From Anaeromyxobacter sp. (lineage in GTDB: Bacteria; Myxococcota; Myxococcia; Myxococcales; Anaeromyxobacteraceae): a stretch of DNA of 64,000 bases. A program made the position numbers and the translations under genes. Below the pieces are notes generated by a model that saw only the letters and a list, made by a program, of their open reading frames with translations, searched no databases and had not been told where the DNA came from. The stretch spans positions 64,001-128,000 of the forward strand of contig JASGJN010000020.1 of NCBI GenBank assembly GCA_049840735.1, written 5' to 3'. The first letter of the stretch is position 1. Every line of letters starts with the position of its first letter. Positions 9,301 to 23,974 of the stretch are shown in pieces.

Positions 9301-11387
9301 CGCGCGCGGGGACTGGGCCGCCGTGCGCGCCACCTTCCAGGCGGAGGGGCGCGGGCTGGAGGACCCGGTGGAGGCCGCCACCGCGTACCGCGAGGCGGGC
9401 GCCGTGGCCGAGGCCCACCTGGACGACCCGACCGCCGCCGCCGAGGACTACCGCCACGCGCTGGAGCGCGACCCGGCCGAGCCGGTGGCGCTGGCGCGGC
9501 TGGAGGCCTTGCTGGGCGACTCGGGCGGCGCCGAGCTGGCCGAGGTGCACGCCGCCCGCGCCGGCGCCGAGACCGACCCGGGCCGCGCCGCCGAGGCCTG
9601 GCTGGCGGCGGCCCGCGCCCGGCTGGACGCGGGCGCCGCCGAGCAGGCGGTGGCGGACCTGGACCGCGCGCTGGAGCTGGTGCCCGACCTCTCGGCGGCG
9701 CTGGAGCTGCGGGCGCGCATCCGCGGCGAGGCCGGCCAGCCGGGCGACGCGCTGGCCGACCTGGAGCGCTGCCTGGCCATGGGCGGCGACGCCACCACCC
9801 GCGTGCCGCTGCACCTGGCGGCGGCGCAGCTGCTGCAGGACCGGATGGGCGACGCCGAGGGGGCGGTCCGTCACCTCGAGGCCGCCCTGGCGCTCGCGCC
9901 GGAGAGCCCCGAGGGGCTGACGCGCCTGGCCGGCCTGCGGCGCGAGGCCGGCGATCAGGCCGGCGCCGCCGCGGCGCTGCGCACGCTGACCGCCCTCCCC
10001 GGCCTGACCCGCGACGAGGCCGTGCAGCACGGGCTCGCGCTGGCCGACGTGGAGGCGGCGCTGGGCGACGACCGCGCCGCGCTGGCGGCCTGCCGCAAGG
10101 CGCTGGAGCGGGACGCCAGCCACGCGCCGGCCCTGGCCCTGCTCGCCGACCTGGAGCGCCGCTCCGGCACCGCCGCCGGGCTGGCCGCGGCGCTGGAGTC
10201 CTTGGCCTCGGCCTCGCGCGACGCCGGGGTCCGCGCCTCCGCGCACCTCGAGGCGGCCCGCCTCCACGGCGGGCCCCTCCGCTCCCGCCCGGCCGCGATC
10301 GATCACCTGCTGCTCTGCCTGGAGCTCGACCCGCAGCGCGACGAGGCCCGGGCCTACCTGGCCGAGCTGCAGGAGGAGACCGCCCCCGGCAAGGCGCTGG
10401 AGCAGCATCGCATCCTGCTGGCGCGCGATCCGCTCCGGGTGGACAGCTGGACCGCCCTGTTCCGGATCCTGGAGCGGACCCGCGTCCACGACGGCGCCTT
10501 CGTGGCGGCCTCCGTCCTCCGCTGGCTGGGCATCCCGCCGCCCGGGCCGGGCGCCGAGAGCCTGCTGCTGGAGGGCGACCGCCAGGCGCTGGCCTCTCCG
10601 CCGCCCATCGGCGCCGCCGACTGGGAGCTCTTGCGCGCCGCCGGCGACCGCGGCCCGCTGGCCGAGCTGGTGGCGGCCTCCGGGGACGTGCTGGCCTCGG
10701 TGCTGGTCGATCCGCGCGAGACGCGCGGCGCGCCGGTCCGGGGCGATCACCCCTTCCGCAAGGTGCTGGCCGAGCTGGCCCGCTGCCTGGGCGCGCCCGA
10801 GCACGAGCTCTACGCCGCGCCGCTGGGGCGGCTCACCGTCGAGCCCGGCGATCCGGCCGCGGTGCGCGTCGGGGCCGACCTGGCCCACCGCTCCACGCTG
10901 CGCGAGCAGCGCTTCCTGCTGGGCCGCGCCGCCGCCCGGCTGCGCACCCGCAGCGCGCTGGCCGAGGCCTTCCCGGAGGGCTGGAGCGCCGCGCTGGCCG
11001 CCGCCGTGCAGCAGGTCGCGCCCGGCTACGGCGGCCTGGGGCGCCCGGACGAGGAGCTGGTGCGGCGGGTGGCCAAGGCGCTGCCGCGCAAGGTCCGCAA
11101 GGCCATCGAGGAGCCGGCCCGCGCCCTGGCGGCGCGCACCGCGCCCGACCTGGCCGGCTGGCGCGCCTCCGCCGCCGCCACCGCCGACCGCGCCGGGCTG
11201 GTGCTGTGCGGCGACGTGGGGACCGCGCTGGATTCTGATCCTGCGCGAGGGCGCCACCCGCGGCCACCCCACCGGCGAGCGGCTCACCGCGGTGCGCAGC
11301 CGGCCCGAGGCGCTGGCGCTGCTGGCCTTCGCCGCCACCGAGGCCCACCTGGCGCTGCGCCAGCGGGTGCGGGTGGCCATCGCCTGA
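6398..11387 (+). CDS. Very large tetratricopeptide-repeat protein (~1660 aa), apparent frameshift at ~11233
   Basis: Many TPR-like units (AYQAALAADP, YRRVLALDPGN, YHEVLTLEPSH). Removing one T at GATTC 11231-11235 gives ...LDLILREG...LRQRVRVAIA*. Confidence 0.88.
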
Positions 11388-11396
11388 CCTGCGACG

Positions 11397-12146
11397 CTAC
11401 GGCCCCTCCACCCGCAGCACGGTCGCGGCCGGCAGCGCCGCCAGCAGGGCCGCCAGCGCTGCCTGCACCGCAACCAGGTCGCGCGCCTCGACGGTCACCT
11501 TCACGCGGTGGTCGGCCTCGCGGTCGAAGCGCGGGTAGCTGCCGATCTCCACCGCCGGGTGGGCGGCCACCACCGCGTCCAGCGCGGGCGCGATGGCCTC
11601 CTCGCCGGCCGAGAGGTAGACGTTGGCCAGGCGGAAGGGCTCGCCCTGCAGCAGCGCGGCCACCTGGTCGAGCTGGTAGCGGAAGAAGCGCGGCGGCCCG
11701 GGCAGCATGACCACGTTCTCCACCGCCAGCGTGGGGAACTCCGGATCGCCCAGCAGGCGCACGCCCTCGGGCAGGTCCGCCATGCGGAGCGCGGCCTCGG
11801 GGGCCTCGGCGCCGCCGTGGTACCTGCGGTGCATCACCCGGATCACCTCGGCCATCGCGGCCGAGCGGAGCAGCGGGCGGCCGACCGCGGCGGCCACCGC
11901 GCGGGCGGTGATGTCGTCGTGGGTGGGGCCGATCCCGCCGGAGGTGAAGACCCAGGCGGCCCGCCGGCGCTCGGCGGCCACCGCCTCGACCACCTCGTCC
12001 ACCCGGTCGCGCACCACGCGGATGGCCAGCAGCTCAACCCCCAGCTCGCGCAGCCGGCGCGCCGCCCAGGGGCCGTTCTCGTCCTGCACCTTGGCCGAGA
12101 GGACCTCGTTCCCGACGACCACCAGCGCGGCGGTGACGGCGGCCAT
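11397..12146 (-). CDS. CinA-like molybdopterin-binding-fold protein (no C-terminal NMN deamidase domain)
   Basis: VVGNEVLSAKVQDENG, FTSGGIGPTHDDIT, IGSYP. Confidence 0.88.
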   Translation of the reverse strand: MAAVTAALVVVGNEVLSAKVQDENGPWAARRLRELGVELLAIRVVRDRVDEVVEAVAAERRRAAWVFTSGGIGPTHDDITARAVAAAVGRPLLRSAAMAEVIRVMHRRYHGGAEAPEAALRMADLPEGVRLLGDPEFPTLAVENVVMLPGPPRFFRYQLDQVAALLQGEPFRLANVYLSAGEEAIAPALDAVVAAHPAVEIGSYPRFDREADHRVKVTVEARDLVAVQAALAALLAALPAATVLRVEGP

Positions 12147-12805
12147 CAGCGCGCCCTCGCCGCCCCGGCCGCCTTGGCCACCTCGGCCAGGATCGCCGCC
12201 GTGACGGCCTCCACCGGCGCCTCGCCGTCCAGCTCCACGATCCGCTGGCCGGCCTCGCGCAGCTGGCCGATGCACCGGTCGTAGCTCCGCGCCACCTTCC
12301 GCTGGAAGGCCTCGACCTCGTAGATCTCGCGGTCGATGGAGGCGGCGTGGCGGCGGCGGACCGCCACCGCGGGGCGCACCCGCAGGAACAGCGTCAGGTC
12401 AGGCACGGCGGCGCGGCCGTTGATGGCCTCCACCCACGGGCGATCGCCGGTGGTGAGCCCCTGGTAGGCCAGCGAGGAGAGCGTGAAGCGATCGGAGATC
12501 ACGTCCACGCCGTCCGCCAGCTTGGGGGCGATCTCCGCCGCGACGTGATCGAGCCGGTCGGCGGCGAAGAGCAGCGCCAGCGCCTCGGCGTCGAAGGCGC
12601 CGCCCGGCGCGATGACCCGGCGGGTGAGCACCTGGCGGATCAGCGCGCCCACCGGCCCGCCGGACGGCTCGGCGGTGACGTGGACCTTGCGGCCCGCCGC
12701 CTTGAGCGCGTCGCCCAGCAGCCGCGCCTGCGTGGTGGTGCCGGCACCGTCCAGCCCCTCCAGCACGAGGAACCGGCCGCGGCCCGCCCGGGCGCGCCGG
12801 GTCAC
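12146..12805 (-). CDS. tmk: Thymidylate kinase
   Basis: LEGLDGAGTTTQ, EPSGG, LFAADR, SDRFTLSSLAYQ. Confidence 0.95.
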   Translation of the reverse strand: MTRRARAGRGRFLVLEGLDGAGTTTQARLLGDALKAAGRKVHVTAEPSGGPVGALIRQVLTRRVIAPGGAFDAEALALLFAADRLDHVAAEIAPKLADGVDVISDRFTLSSLAYQGLTTGDRPWVEAINGRAAVPDLTLFLRVRPAVAVRRRHAASIDREIYEVEAFQRKVARSYDRCIGQLREAGQRIVELDGEAPVEAVTAAILAEVAKAAGAARAR

Positions 12806-13173
12806 CCGTCGATCCCCAGCTCGCGCCGCAGCGCCTTGAGCCGCTCGAACTGCCCGTCCTCCTCGAGCTGCAGCCGCTTCTGGGCGCGCAGCGCGCGGAT
12901 GGCGACGACCAGCAGCACCAGCGTGACCGCCGTGGCGACGTAGAGGAAGAACGGCCCGCCGGGTGGGATCACCTTCACCTCGCCTGCCTTGGGCGGGCCC
13001 CAGCGATCCCAGGCCAGCGCGATGCAGGTGCCCACGCCGAGCAGCCCGAGGAAGAGCAGGACCAGCCCCCTGCGCGCGGCGTCCACCGAGGCCCGGGCGC
13101 CGAGGCGGGCGGCCAGGGCGTCGTGCTCGGCGCGGAGGGAGGCGGGATCGGACGGGTGTGGAGCGTCGCTCAT
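12802..13173 (-). CDS. Small two-TM hypothetical membrane protein
   Basis: Two hydrophobic stretches; coupled to the tmk start. Confidence 0.7.
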   Translation of the reverse strand: MSDAPHPSDPASLRAEHDALAARLGARASVDAARRGLVLLFLGLLGVGTCIALAWDRWGPPKAGEVKVIPPGGPFFLYVATAVTLVLLVVAIRALRAQKRLQLEEDGQFERLKALRRELGIDG

Positions 13174-13183
13174 GTGCCGCGTT

Positions 13184-14542
13184 CTACCCCCGCCCGAAAC
13201 GGGCGGCAATCGCGTCATGGACCGCGCCCACAGTGGCGGGCAGGGAGACGGCCGGGTTGCGGAGCGGCGAGGCCAGGCCGGGCAGCGTGCCCTCGTGGTA
13301 GCCCACCTTGAAGTCGGAGAACTTGAGCCCGTGGGCGGTGGAGATGACCACCACCTGCTGATCCCGGGTGATCTCGCCGCGGGCGGCCAGCTTCTCCAGC
13401 GCCGCCAGCGCCACGCCGGTGTGGGGGCAGGTGAACATGCCGGCCCGGTCGGCCCGGGCGGCCGCGTCGGCCAGCTCCTGCTCGGAGGCCTGCTCCACCA
13501 CCCCGTCCAGCGCCTCCAGCGCGCGGAGCGCGCGGCGGGCCGAGACCGGCGCGCCGATCTGGATGGCCGAGGCCAGGGTCTTCTTCGCGGTCACCGGGGC
13601 CACCTTCACCTCGGCGGTGGGCTTCACGCCGGCGCCGGCGGTCGCGCGCCAGAGCGGGTTGGCGTGCTCGGCCTGGGCCACCAGCAGCCGCGGCAGCCGG
13701 TCGATGAGCCCCAGCTCCTTCATGAGCAGGAAGCCCTTTCCCACCGCGCTGGCGTTGCCCAGGTTGCCGCCGGGGATGACGATCCAGTCCGGCGCCTTCC
13801 AGCCCAGCTGCTGCACGATCTCGATGGAGGCGGTCTTCTGCCCCTCGATGCGCAGCGAGTTCATGGAGTTGGCCAGGTAGATGTCCGGGGTGTGCGACAG
13901 CTCCTTCACCACCGCCATGCAGCCGTCGAAGTCGGTGTCGAGCTGGAGCACCAGCGCGCCGTTGGCGATGGGCTGGACCAGCTGCGCGGTGGAGATCTTC
14001 CCGCGCGGGAGCAGCACCACGCTGGGGATGCCGGCCGCCGCGCAGTAGGCGGAGAGGGCCGCCGAGGTGTCGCCGGTGGAGGCGCAGGCCACCGCGCGCA
14101 CCTGCCCGCCGCGGGCCCGCATCTCCTTCACCGCCGAGACCAGCACCGTCATGCCCAGGTCCTTGAAGGACCCGGTGTGCGTGACGCCGCACTCCTTGAG
14201 CCAGACCTGGCCGAGGCCGAGCTCGCGGGCGTAGCGGTCGATGCGCAGGAGCGGGCTCGTCCCCTCCGCCATCGAGACCACGTTCTCGTCGGCGAGCTGC
14301 GGGTAGACCCACTCCTTCTTGCCCCACACGCCCGAGCCGTAGGGCCAGGGGCCGGCGCGGAAGCGCCCCTCGAAGAGCGCCTTCCACTCGGCGGCGGAGC
14401 GGCGGGCCAGCGCGGCGCGGTCGTGCTCGACCTCGAGCAGGCCGCCGCAGCGCGGGCACTGGTAGACGACCTCGGTCAGGGCGGCGGTGAAGTCGCAGCC
14501 CTCGGCGCAGCGGAACCAGGCGGAGAAGGCGGGAGCGCTCAA
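13184..14542 (-). CDS. thrC: Threonine synthase
   Basis: [10 protein letters not shown] (PLP Lys), [30 protein letters not shown]. Confidence 0.95.
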   Translation of the reverse strand: MSAPAFSAWFRCAEGCDFTAALTEVVYQCPRCGGLLEVEHDRAALARRSAAEWKALFEGRFRAGPWPYGSGVWGKKEWVYPQLADENVVSMAEGTSPLLRIDRYARELGLGQVWLKECGVTHTGSFKDLGMTVLVSAVKEMRARGGQVRAVACASTGDTSAALSAYCAAAGIPSVVLLPRGKISTAQLVQPIANGALVLQLDTDFDGCMAVVKELSHTPDIYLANSMNSLRIEGQKTASIEIVQQLGWKAPDWIVIPGGNLGNASAVGKGFLLMKELGLIDRLPRLLVAQAEHANPLWRATAGAGVKPTAEVKVAPVTAKKTLASAIQIGAPVSARRALRALEALDGVVEQASEQELADAAARADRAGMFTCPHTGVALAALEKLAARGEITRDQQVVVISTAHGLKFSDFKVGYHEGTLPGLASPLRNPAVSLPATVGAVHDAIAARFGRG

Positions 14543-15741
14543 CGGACCGGCCCCTTCTTCAGCATCGCCGCCAGCCGCTCGGCGGCCTGGGCCAGCCGGG
14601 CCTCGTCCTCGATCAGCGCGATGCGCACGTAGCCGTCGCCGGCGCGGCCGAAGCCGACGCCGGGGGCCACCGCCACCCCGGCCTCGTCGATGAGCCGCTT
14701 GGCGAACTCCAGCGATCCGAGCGAGCGGTAGGCCTCGGGGATGGGCGCCCAGGCGAACATCGAGGCGGCCGGCACGGGGATCTTCCAGCCGGCCTCGCCG
14801 AAGAGCCTCACCAGCGCGTCGCGCCGGCGCTGGTACATGTCACGCAGCGGCGCCAGCGTGTCGTCGCAGTCGTCCAGCGCCGTGATGGCCGCCTGCTGCA
14901 CCGCGCCGAACAGGCCGTAGTCCAGGTAGCTCTTCACCCGCGCCGCCGCCGCCACCAGCGCCGCGTTGCCGGCGCCGAAGCCCACGCGCCAGCCGGGCAT
15001 GTTGTAGCTCTTGGAGAGCGACATGAACTCCAGCGTGCGGTCCTTGGCGCCCGGCACGGCCAGCATCGACGGGGCCCTGCCGCCGTCGAAGACCAGGTCG
15101 GAGTAGGCCAGGTCGGAGATGATGAACAGGTCGCGCGCCTCGGCGAAGCGGACGATCTTCTCGAACAGCTGCGGCGTGGCCACCGCGGCGGTCGGGTTGG
15201 CCGGGAAGTTGACCACCAGCCCCTTGGGCCGGCGCTCGGACTTCTCGGCCGCCTCCATCAGCGACTCGAAGAAGTCCACGCCGGGGCCGACCGGCACCGG
15301 GATGGTCTCGGCGCCGGCGATGACCGCGCCGAAGGCGTGGATCGGGTAGGTGGGCGTGGGGGCCAGCACCGCGTCGCCCTCGGTGAGCAGGCCCACCAGC
15401 GCGTGGCCGATGCCCTCCTTGGAGCCGATGGTGACCAGCACCTCGCGGTCGGCGTCCACCTCGACGTCGAACCGGCGCTTCCACCAGCGCGAGACCGCCC
15501 CCCGCAGCTCGGGCAGGCCGCGCGGGTTGAGGTAGCGGTGCATCTTCGGGTCGCGGGCGGCCTCGGCCAGCCGGGCCACGATGCGGGCCGGGGTGGGCTG
15601 GTCCGGGTTGCCCATCGAGAGGTCCACCACGTCCACGCCGCGGGCCACGGCCTGGTCGCGGAGGCGGTCGGTGATGGTGAAGACGTAGAGCGGGAGCCGG
15701 CGGACCCGCGCGAAGGTCTCGGGATCGGTGAAGGTCTTCAT
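14539..15741 (-). CDS. Class I/II PLP aminotransferase (AlaC/LL-DAP aminotransferase-like)
   Basis: [36 protein letters not shown]. Confidence 0.92.
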   Translation of the reverse strand: MKTFTDPETFARVRRLPLYVFTITDRLRDQAVARGVDVVDLSMGNPDQPTPARIVARLAEAARDPKMHRYLNPRGLPELRGAVSRWWKRRFDVEVDADREVLVTIGSKEGIGHALVGLLTEGDAVLAPTPTYPIHAFGAVIAGAETIPVPVGPGVDFFESLMEAAEKSERRPKGLVVNFPANPTAAVATPQLFEKIVRFAEARDLFIISDLAYSDLVFDGGRAPSMLAVPGAKDRTLEFMSLSKSYNMPGWRVGFGAGNAALVAAAARVKSYLDYGLFGAVQQAAITALDDCDDTLAPLRDMYQRRRDALVRLFGEAGWKIPVPAASMFAWAPIPEAYRSLGSLEFAKRLIDEAGVAVAPGVGFGRAGDGYVRIALIEDEARLAQAAERLAAMLKKGPVR

Positions 15742-15819
15742 GTGGGACCGGCCAATTTGCCGGGTGCCGCGGCGCTTGGCAAGCGGGGACTGAGGCAGTA
15801 CCGACCCGGACCCGCGGCG

Positions 15820-16341
15820 TCAGCGCCGGGCGCCGCAGGCGGGGCAGACCTGGCCCCGGACCCGCGCGCCGCAGCCGCACACCCGCCCCTCCTCGGCGGC
15901 CGGGACGGCGGGCGCGACCGCGAAGACCGGGAGCCGCATCCCGCACCGGGAGCAGATGCGCTCGTCCGGCCCGGCGGGCGTGCGGCAGTAGCGGCAGACA
16001 GGCAGCGGCGGCAGCAGGACGCCCTCGTCCGCCGGCAGCCCGTCGGAGATCCGCTCCAGGTCCGGGACCACGTCCAGGGGCACCGCGGCCACCGGCGCGG
16101 CGCGCGTCGCCTCGATGTCCGGCGTCACCTCCGGCGCGACCTGCGCGGCGGCGAAGCGGGTGGCCTCCAAATCCGGCGTCTGCTCTGCGGCCGGGTGGAC
16201 GGGCGCATGGCCAGTCGCCTCCAGCCCCTCCACCGGCGCCACCGGTACGGGCACCGCCACGCCGGCCGGGAAGCGCCGGCCGCAGACCTCGCACTCGTCG
16301 CCCTGGGCCTGGGTGTGCTCGCACAGCGGACAGACGATCAT
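15820..16341 (-). CDS. Zinc-ribbon protein with internal peptide repeats
   Basis: Cys pairs CPLC/CEVC, CRYC/CSRC, CGC/CPAC; repeats PDLEATR/PDIEATR. Confidence 0.75.
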   Translation of the reverse strand: MIVCPLCEHTQAQGDECEVCGRRFPAGVAVPVPVAPVEGLEATGHAPVHPAAEQTPDLEATRFAAAQVAPEVTPDIEATRAAPVAAVPLDVVPDLERISDGLPADEGVLLPPLPVCRYCRTPAGPDERICSRCGMRLPVFAVAPAVPAAEEGRVCGCGARVRGQVCPACGARR

Positions 16342-16369
16342 GCCGGCAGTCTACCGCAGCCCGGGCGGC

Positions 16370-17044
16370 TCACCACCGGCCGTCCGCGTCGCCGTCCGCC
16401 GCCAGCCCGGTGGGCCCGCCCTCGTCGCTGTGGTGAACCAGGGGCACGAAGCGCACCGGCAAGAGGTCGGTCTCGACGGTCTCCCCCTGGCCGCGCCGCT
16501 CCACCAGGTGCAGCACCTGGTCGCCACCCGGGTCACCCAGCGGCAGGAGCAGCCGGCCGCCGGGTGCCAGCTGGGCCCGCAGCGCCGCCGGGACCTCGGG
16601 GGTGGCGGCCGTGACGATGATCCGGTCGAAGGGGGCCGCCTCCGGCCAGCCCTGCGCGCCGTCCCCCACCCGCAGGCGGAGGTTCGCCAGCCCCAGGCGC
16701 TCCTGCAGCACCGCCGCCGCGCGGTGGGCCAGCTCCGGGATGAGCTCGATGGAGAAGACCTCGCGGGCCAGCAGCGCCAGGACGGCCGCCTGGTAGCCGG
16801 AGCCGGTGCCCACCTCCAGCACCTGCTCCTGGCCGGCCAGCGCCAGCTGCTCGGTCATGTAGGCCACCACGAACGGCTGCGAGATGGTCTGGCCGGCGCC
16901 GATGGGGAGCGGGCGGTCGCGCTCGGCCTCCTCCACCGCCTCCGGCGGCACGAAGGCGGCCCGCGGGACCCGGGCGATGGCGGCCAGCACGGCGGGATCG
17001 CGGATGCCCGCCGTCCGCAGCAGCCGGGCCAGCCCCTCGCTCAT
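16370..17044 (-). CDS. pcm: Protein-L-isoaspartate O-methyltransferase
   Basis: GQTISQP, VLEVGTGSGYQAA, APFDRIIVTAA. Confidence 0.95.
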   Translation of the reverse strand: MSEGLARLLRTAGIRDPAVLAAIARVPRAAFVPPEAVEEAERDRPLPIGAGQTISQPFVVAYMTEQLALAGQEQVLEVGTGSGYQAAVLALLAREVFSIELIPELAHRAAAVLQERLGLANLRLRVGDGAQGWPEAAPFDRIIVTAATPEVPAALRAQLAPGGRLLLPLGDPGGDQVLHLVERRGQGETVETDLLPVRFVPLVHHSDEGGPTGLAADGDADGRW

Positions 17045-17111
17045 GGATCACAGTGTAGCGCGCCGGCCCTGCGGCGCCCCCGCCGTCCGAGGGGCCCGAC
17101 GCTCCGGGGGC

Positions 17112-19942
17112 TCAGCCCACCTGCGCCAGCGAGAGCCGCTCGGCCCATCGTTCGTGCAGCGCCTCGCGGGCCGCGGCGTGCTCGGCCTGGGCCAGCGCCG
17201 GGTCTGCCTCCACCAGCGCGAAGGCCTCCTCCCGCGCCTCCTCCAGGATGGCCTCGTCGCGGTAGAGGTCGGCCACGTCGAGCAGCTTCTGGCCGGACTG
17301 GCGCGTCCCCAGCAGCTCCCCGGGGCCGCGGATGGAGAGGTCCACCCGCGCCAGCTCGAAGCCGTCCTGCGTCTTCACCATGGCCTGCAGCCGCTCCCGG
17401 GCCTCGTCGCCGGCGCGCCGGAAGTGGGCGAGGAGCAGGCAGTGGCTCTGGGCGGCCCCGCGCCCCACCCGGCCGCGCAGCTGGTGCAGCTGCGAGAGGC
17501 CGAAGCGCTCGGCGTGCTCGACGATCATCACGCTGGCGTTGGGCACGTCCACGCCCACCTCGATGACCGTGGTGGCCACCAGGACCTTCAGCTCGCCGGC
17601 GCGGAAGCGGCCATCACCGCCTGCTTCTCGTCGGCCTTCATGCGGCCGTGCAGCAGCCCGACGGCGTGGCCCGCGAAGACGCGCGCCAGCTCCTCCGCGC
17701 CGGTGGTGGCGTCGGCCAGGTCGCTCTTCTCCGACTCCTCCACCAGCGGGTAGACCACGTAGACCTGGTGCCCCGCCTCCAGCTCGCGCCGGGCCAGGTC
17801 GTAGGCTCCCTTGCGCTGCGAGTCGCCGAAGAGCCTGGTGGTGACCGGCGTGCGGCCCGGGGGCAGCTCGTCGATCTTGGACTGGTCGAGATCGCCGTAG
17901 AAGGCCAGCGCCAGCGTGCGCGGGATGGGCGTGGCGGTCATGACCAGCACGTCCGGCCGGAGCCCCTTCTCGATCAGCCCGGCCCGCTGCATCACGCCGA
18001 AGCGGTGCTGCTCGTCCACCACCACCAGCCCCAGCTTCTGGAAGTCCACCCCCTCCACCAGCAGCGCGTGGGTGCCCACCGCGATGCGGGCGCGGCCGTC
18101 GGCCACCGCGGCGCGGGCCTCCTTCTGCCCCTTGCCCCGCGCCGAGGCGCCCACCAGCGCCACCTCGACGCCGGTCCCCTCCAGCCAGCGCGCCAGCGTG
18201 CGGGCGTGCTGCTCGGCCAGGATCTCGGTGGGCACCATCAGCGCGGCCTGCCAGCCGCTGTTCACGGCCAGCATCATGGCCGCGAAGGCCACCGCGGTCT
18301 TGCCGCTGCCCACGTCGCCCTGCAGCAGCCGGTTCATGGGCTCGGGCCGCCCCATGTCCTTGGCGATCTCGTCCAGCGTCCGGGCCTGGGCGCGGGTGAG
18401 CTGGAACGGGAGCCGCGCCACCGCCCGGGCGCGGGCCGCGGGCGTGGCCTCGAAGGCGATGCCGGGCGCGCCGCGCACGCCCCGCCGGCGCAGCGCCATG
18501 GCCAGCTGCAGGAAGAACAGCTCCTCGAAGATGAGCCGGCGGAAGCCCGGGGTGGCCCGCTCCGCGGCCGCCAGCAGGGCCGTGCCGGCGTCGGGGAAGT
18601 GGGCCTGGCGCAGCGCGTCGGCGCGCCCCAGCAGCCCGCGACGGGCCCGCAGCGCGGCCGGCAGGTCGTCCACCGCGGCCGGCAGGACCTCGTCCACCAG
18701 CCGCTTCATCAGCTTGCGCAGGGCCGGGTGCTGCGTGTCGGTGGGCCCGGCGTAGACCGGGACGATCCGGCCGAAGTTGGCCGAGTCACCGGCCTGCACC
18801 TTCTCCACCTCGGCGCCCGCCATCTGCCGCCGGGCGCCGAACCCCTCGGTCACCTTGCCAGAGGCGAGCAGCGAGTCCCCCGCGGCGAAGGCCTTGAGCC
18901 GCCAGGGCGGCGGGTTGAAGAAGACCAGCTCCAGCGCCGCGGCCTCGTCCTGGATGACCACCTTGAGGATGGGCCGGCCGTTGCGCATGCGCTGGATGCG
19001 GACGGTGCTCACCCGCCCCAAGACGCTGGCCTCCTCGCCGGTGGTGAGCTGCGAGATGCGCCGGACGCGGCTGCGGTCCTGGTAGGCCTTGGGCCAGAAC
19101 TCCAGCGCCGCCTCGACCGTGTCGCGGCCGCGCTCCTCCAGCTGGGCCCGCGGCGCCGGGTGGGCGCGCGGCAGCTCGGCCAGCTTCATGCGCAGCCGCT
19201 TGCGGCGCGAGGCCCGCTCCTGGGCGGTGCGCGGCTCGGGCAGCGGGTTCCAGGGCGCCTCCGCCACCGGCGGCGTGGGGTCGGGGTCGGGGGGCGGTCC
19301 GCTCTCGTGCTTCGACTCCGCGCGCCGGCCCGGGGCCGGCGCGCTACGCTCAGCACGAACGGACTCAGGCACCAGCGGCTTGCGGGGGGTGAGGGGGCGC
19401 GAGGCTCCGGCCGCGGGCTTCGCTCCTTCCGTCCGCCCTGAGCCTGTCGAAGGGCGAGCGGGTGCCTTTCGTGGTTCGACAGGCTCACCGCGAACGGGCT
19501 TCGCCTCCGTTCGTCCTGAGCGTAGCGAGCCCTCAGGGCTCGCGGAGTCGAAGGACGAAGGCCGAGTCGGCGCCGCTGTCTCCACCCTGCCCGCCCGCGC
19601 CAGCTCGCGCAGCTCCTCCGGCAGCGGGATGAGCGCGCCCAGGTCGCCGGCGATGCGGGCCAGGGCCTGGCGGCGCCCCTGCGGCGGCAGCGCGTCGAAC
19701 CCGGCGGCCTCGGTCTCCAGCCGGCGCAGCGCAGGCGAGTCGGCCGCGCCCAGGCCGCGGGCCCGGGCCACCGCGCCGCGGATGGTCTCGCCGAAGCCGG
19801 CCAGCCGGGCCGCGCCGGCGAAGCCGTCCTTCACGGCAAAGCGGAGCGGCGCCACCAGCGCCTCGAGGGCGCGGGCCGCCGAGAGGCCGGGGACCTCCCC
19901 GCCTGCCTCCCGCTTGTCGCTGGGCTCTCGTCCGCGCTCCAC
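17112..19942 (-). CDS. recG: ATP-dependent DNA helicase RecG with long N-terminal extension; apparent frameshift at ~17610
   Basis: LQGDVGSGKT, DEQHRFG, MTATPIPRT, then in a second frame ATTVIEVGVD, QLHQLRGRVGRG, RGPGELLGTRQSG. Confidence 0.95.
19305..19559. repeat. Array of four palindromic repeat copies in alternating orientation inside recG (19305-19363 long, 19428-19461 short, 19469-19497 short, 19506-19559 long)
   Basis: CTTCGACTCCG..CTACGCTCAG; CCCTGAGCCTGTCGAAGGG; GGTTCGACAGGCTCACC; CCTGAGCGTAG..CGGAGTCGAAGG. Confidence 0.92.
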
Positions 19943-19954
19943 GCGGCCAGGAGG

Positions 19955-20479
19955 TTACGCGCCGGGTCCGACGTCCGGATCCACCTCGGCGGGCAGCTCC
20001 TCCTCCACGAACTCGATGGACTGGATCTCGTACTCCTTCTCGCCGCCCGGGGTGCGCACGGTGACCGTGTCCCCCTCGCTGCGGCCGATCAGGGCGCGGG
20101 CGATGGGGCTGGTGACCGAGATCTTCCCGCGCTTGAGGTCGGCCTCCAGCTCGCCGACGATCCGGTACTTCACCTCGTCGCCCGAGTCGGCGTCGGCCAC
20201 CACCACCGTGGCGCCGAAGACCACGCGCTCACCGGCGTGCTTGCGCACGTCGATGACCTCGGCGCTGGCGATCCAGTGCTCCACCTGCAGGATCCGCCCC
20301 TCGATGTGGCTCTGCTTCTCCTTGGCCGCGTGGTACTCGGCGTTCTCGGAGAGGTCGCCGTGCGCGCGCGCCTCCGCGATCTCCTTCACGATCTTGGGGC
20401 GCTCGATGCTCTTCAGCCGCTTCAGCTCTTCCTTGAGCTTCTGCAGGCCACCCGGAGTCATGGGGACGCGGTCGGACAT
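19955..20479 (-). CDS. greA: Transcription elongation factor GreA
   Basis: ARAHGDLSENAEYHAAKE, ISVTSPIARALIG. Confidence 0.97.
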   Translation of the reverse strand: MSDRVPMTPGGLQKLKEELKRLKSIERPKIVKEIAEARAHGDLSENAEYHAAKEKQSHIEGRILQVEHWIASAEVIDVRKHAGERVVFGATVVVADADSGDEVKYRIVGELEADLKRGKISVTSPIARALIGRSEGDTVTVRTPGGEKEYEIQSIEFVEEELPAEVDPDVGPGA

Positions 20480-20614
20480 CGGTGCACCTTCCCAAAAAAT
20501 GAGGGCGGCCGGCCCGGGAGGCCCGGGCGGCCGCTTCTGGAACCATAGCTAGAGCCGTGGCGGGGCCGAAGTCAACCAGAACAGGCGGTCGGCCGGGGCC
20601 CCGCCCCGCCGGTA

Positions 20615-23851
<3,237 letters not shown>

Positions 23852-23974
23852 GGGGGCGGAACCTAGCACAACAGGGGCGCCGATCGCCCCTGCGGCTTGA
23901 CGTCCAGATCCCCTGATTCTGCCGCCCCGCCGTGCACCCAGCCCCCAGCCGGGCAGGCGCAGGGTTTCGGGACC

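Noticed and set aside
4100..11473. 2457-aa minus-strand ORF and other long Arg/Gly/Pro-rich ORFs
   Set aside because: Shadow frames of real genes in very GC-rich DNA; no recognisable motifs.
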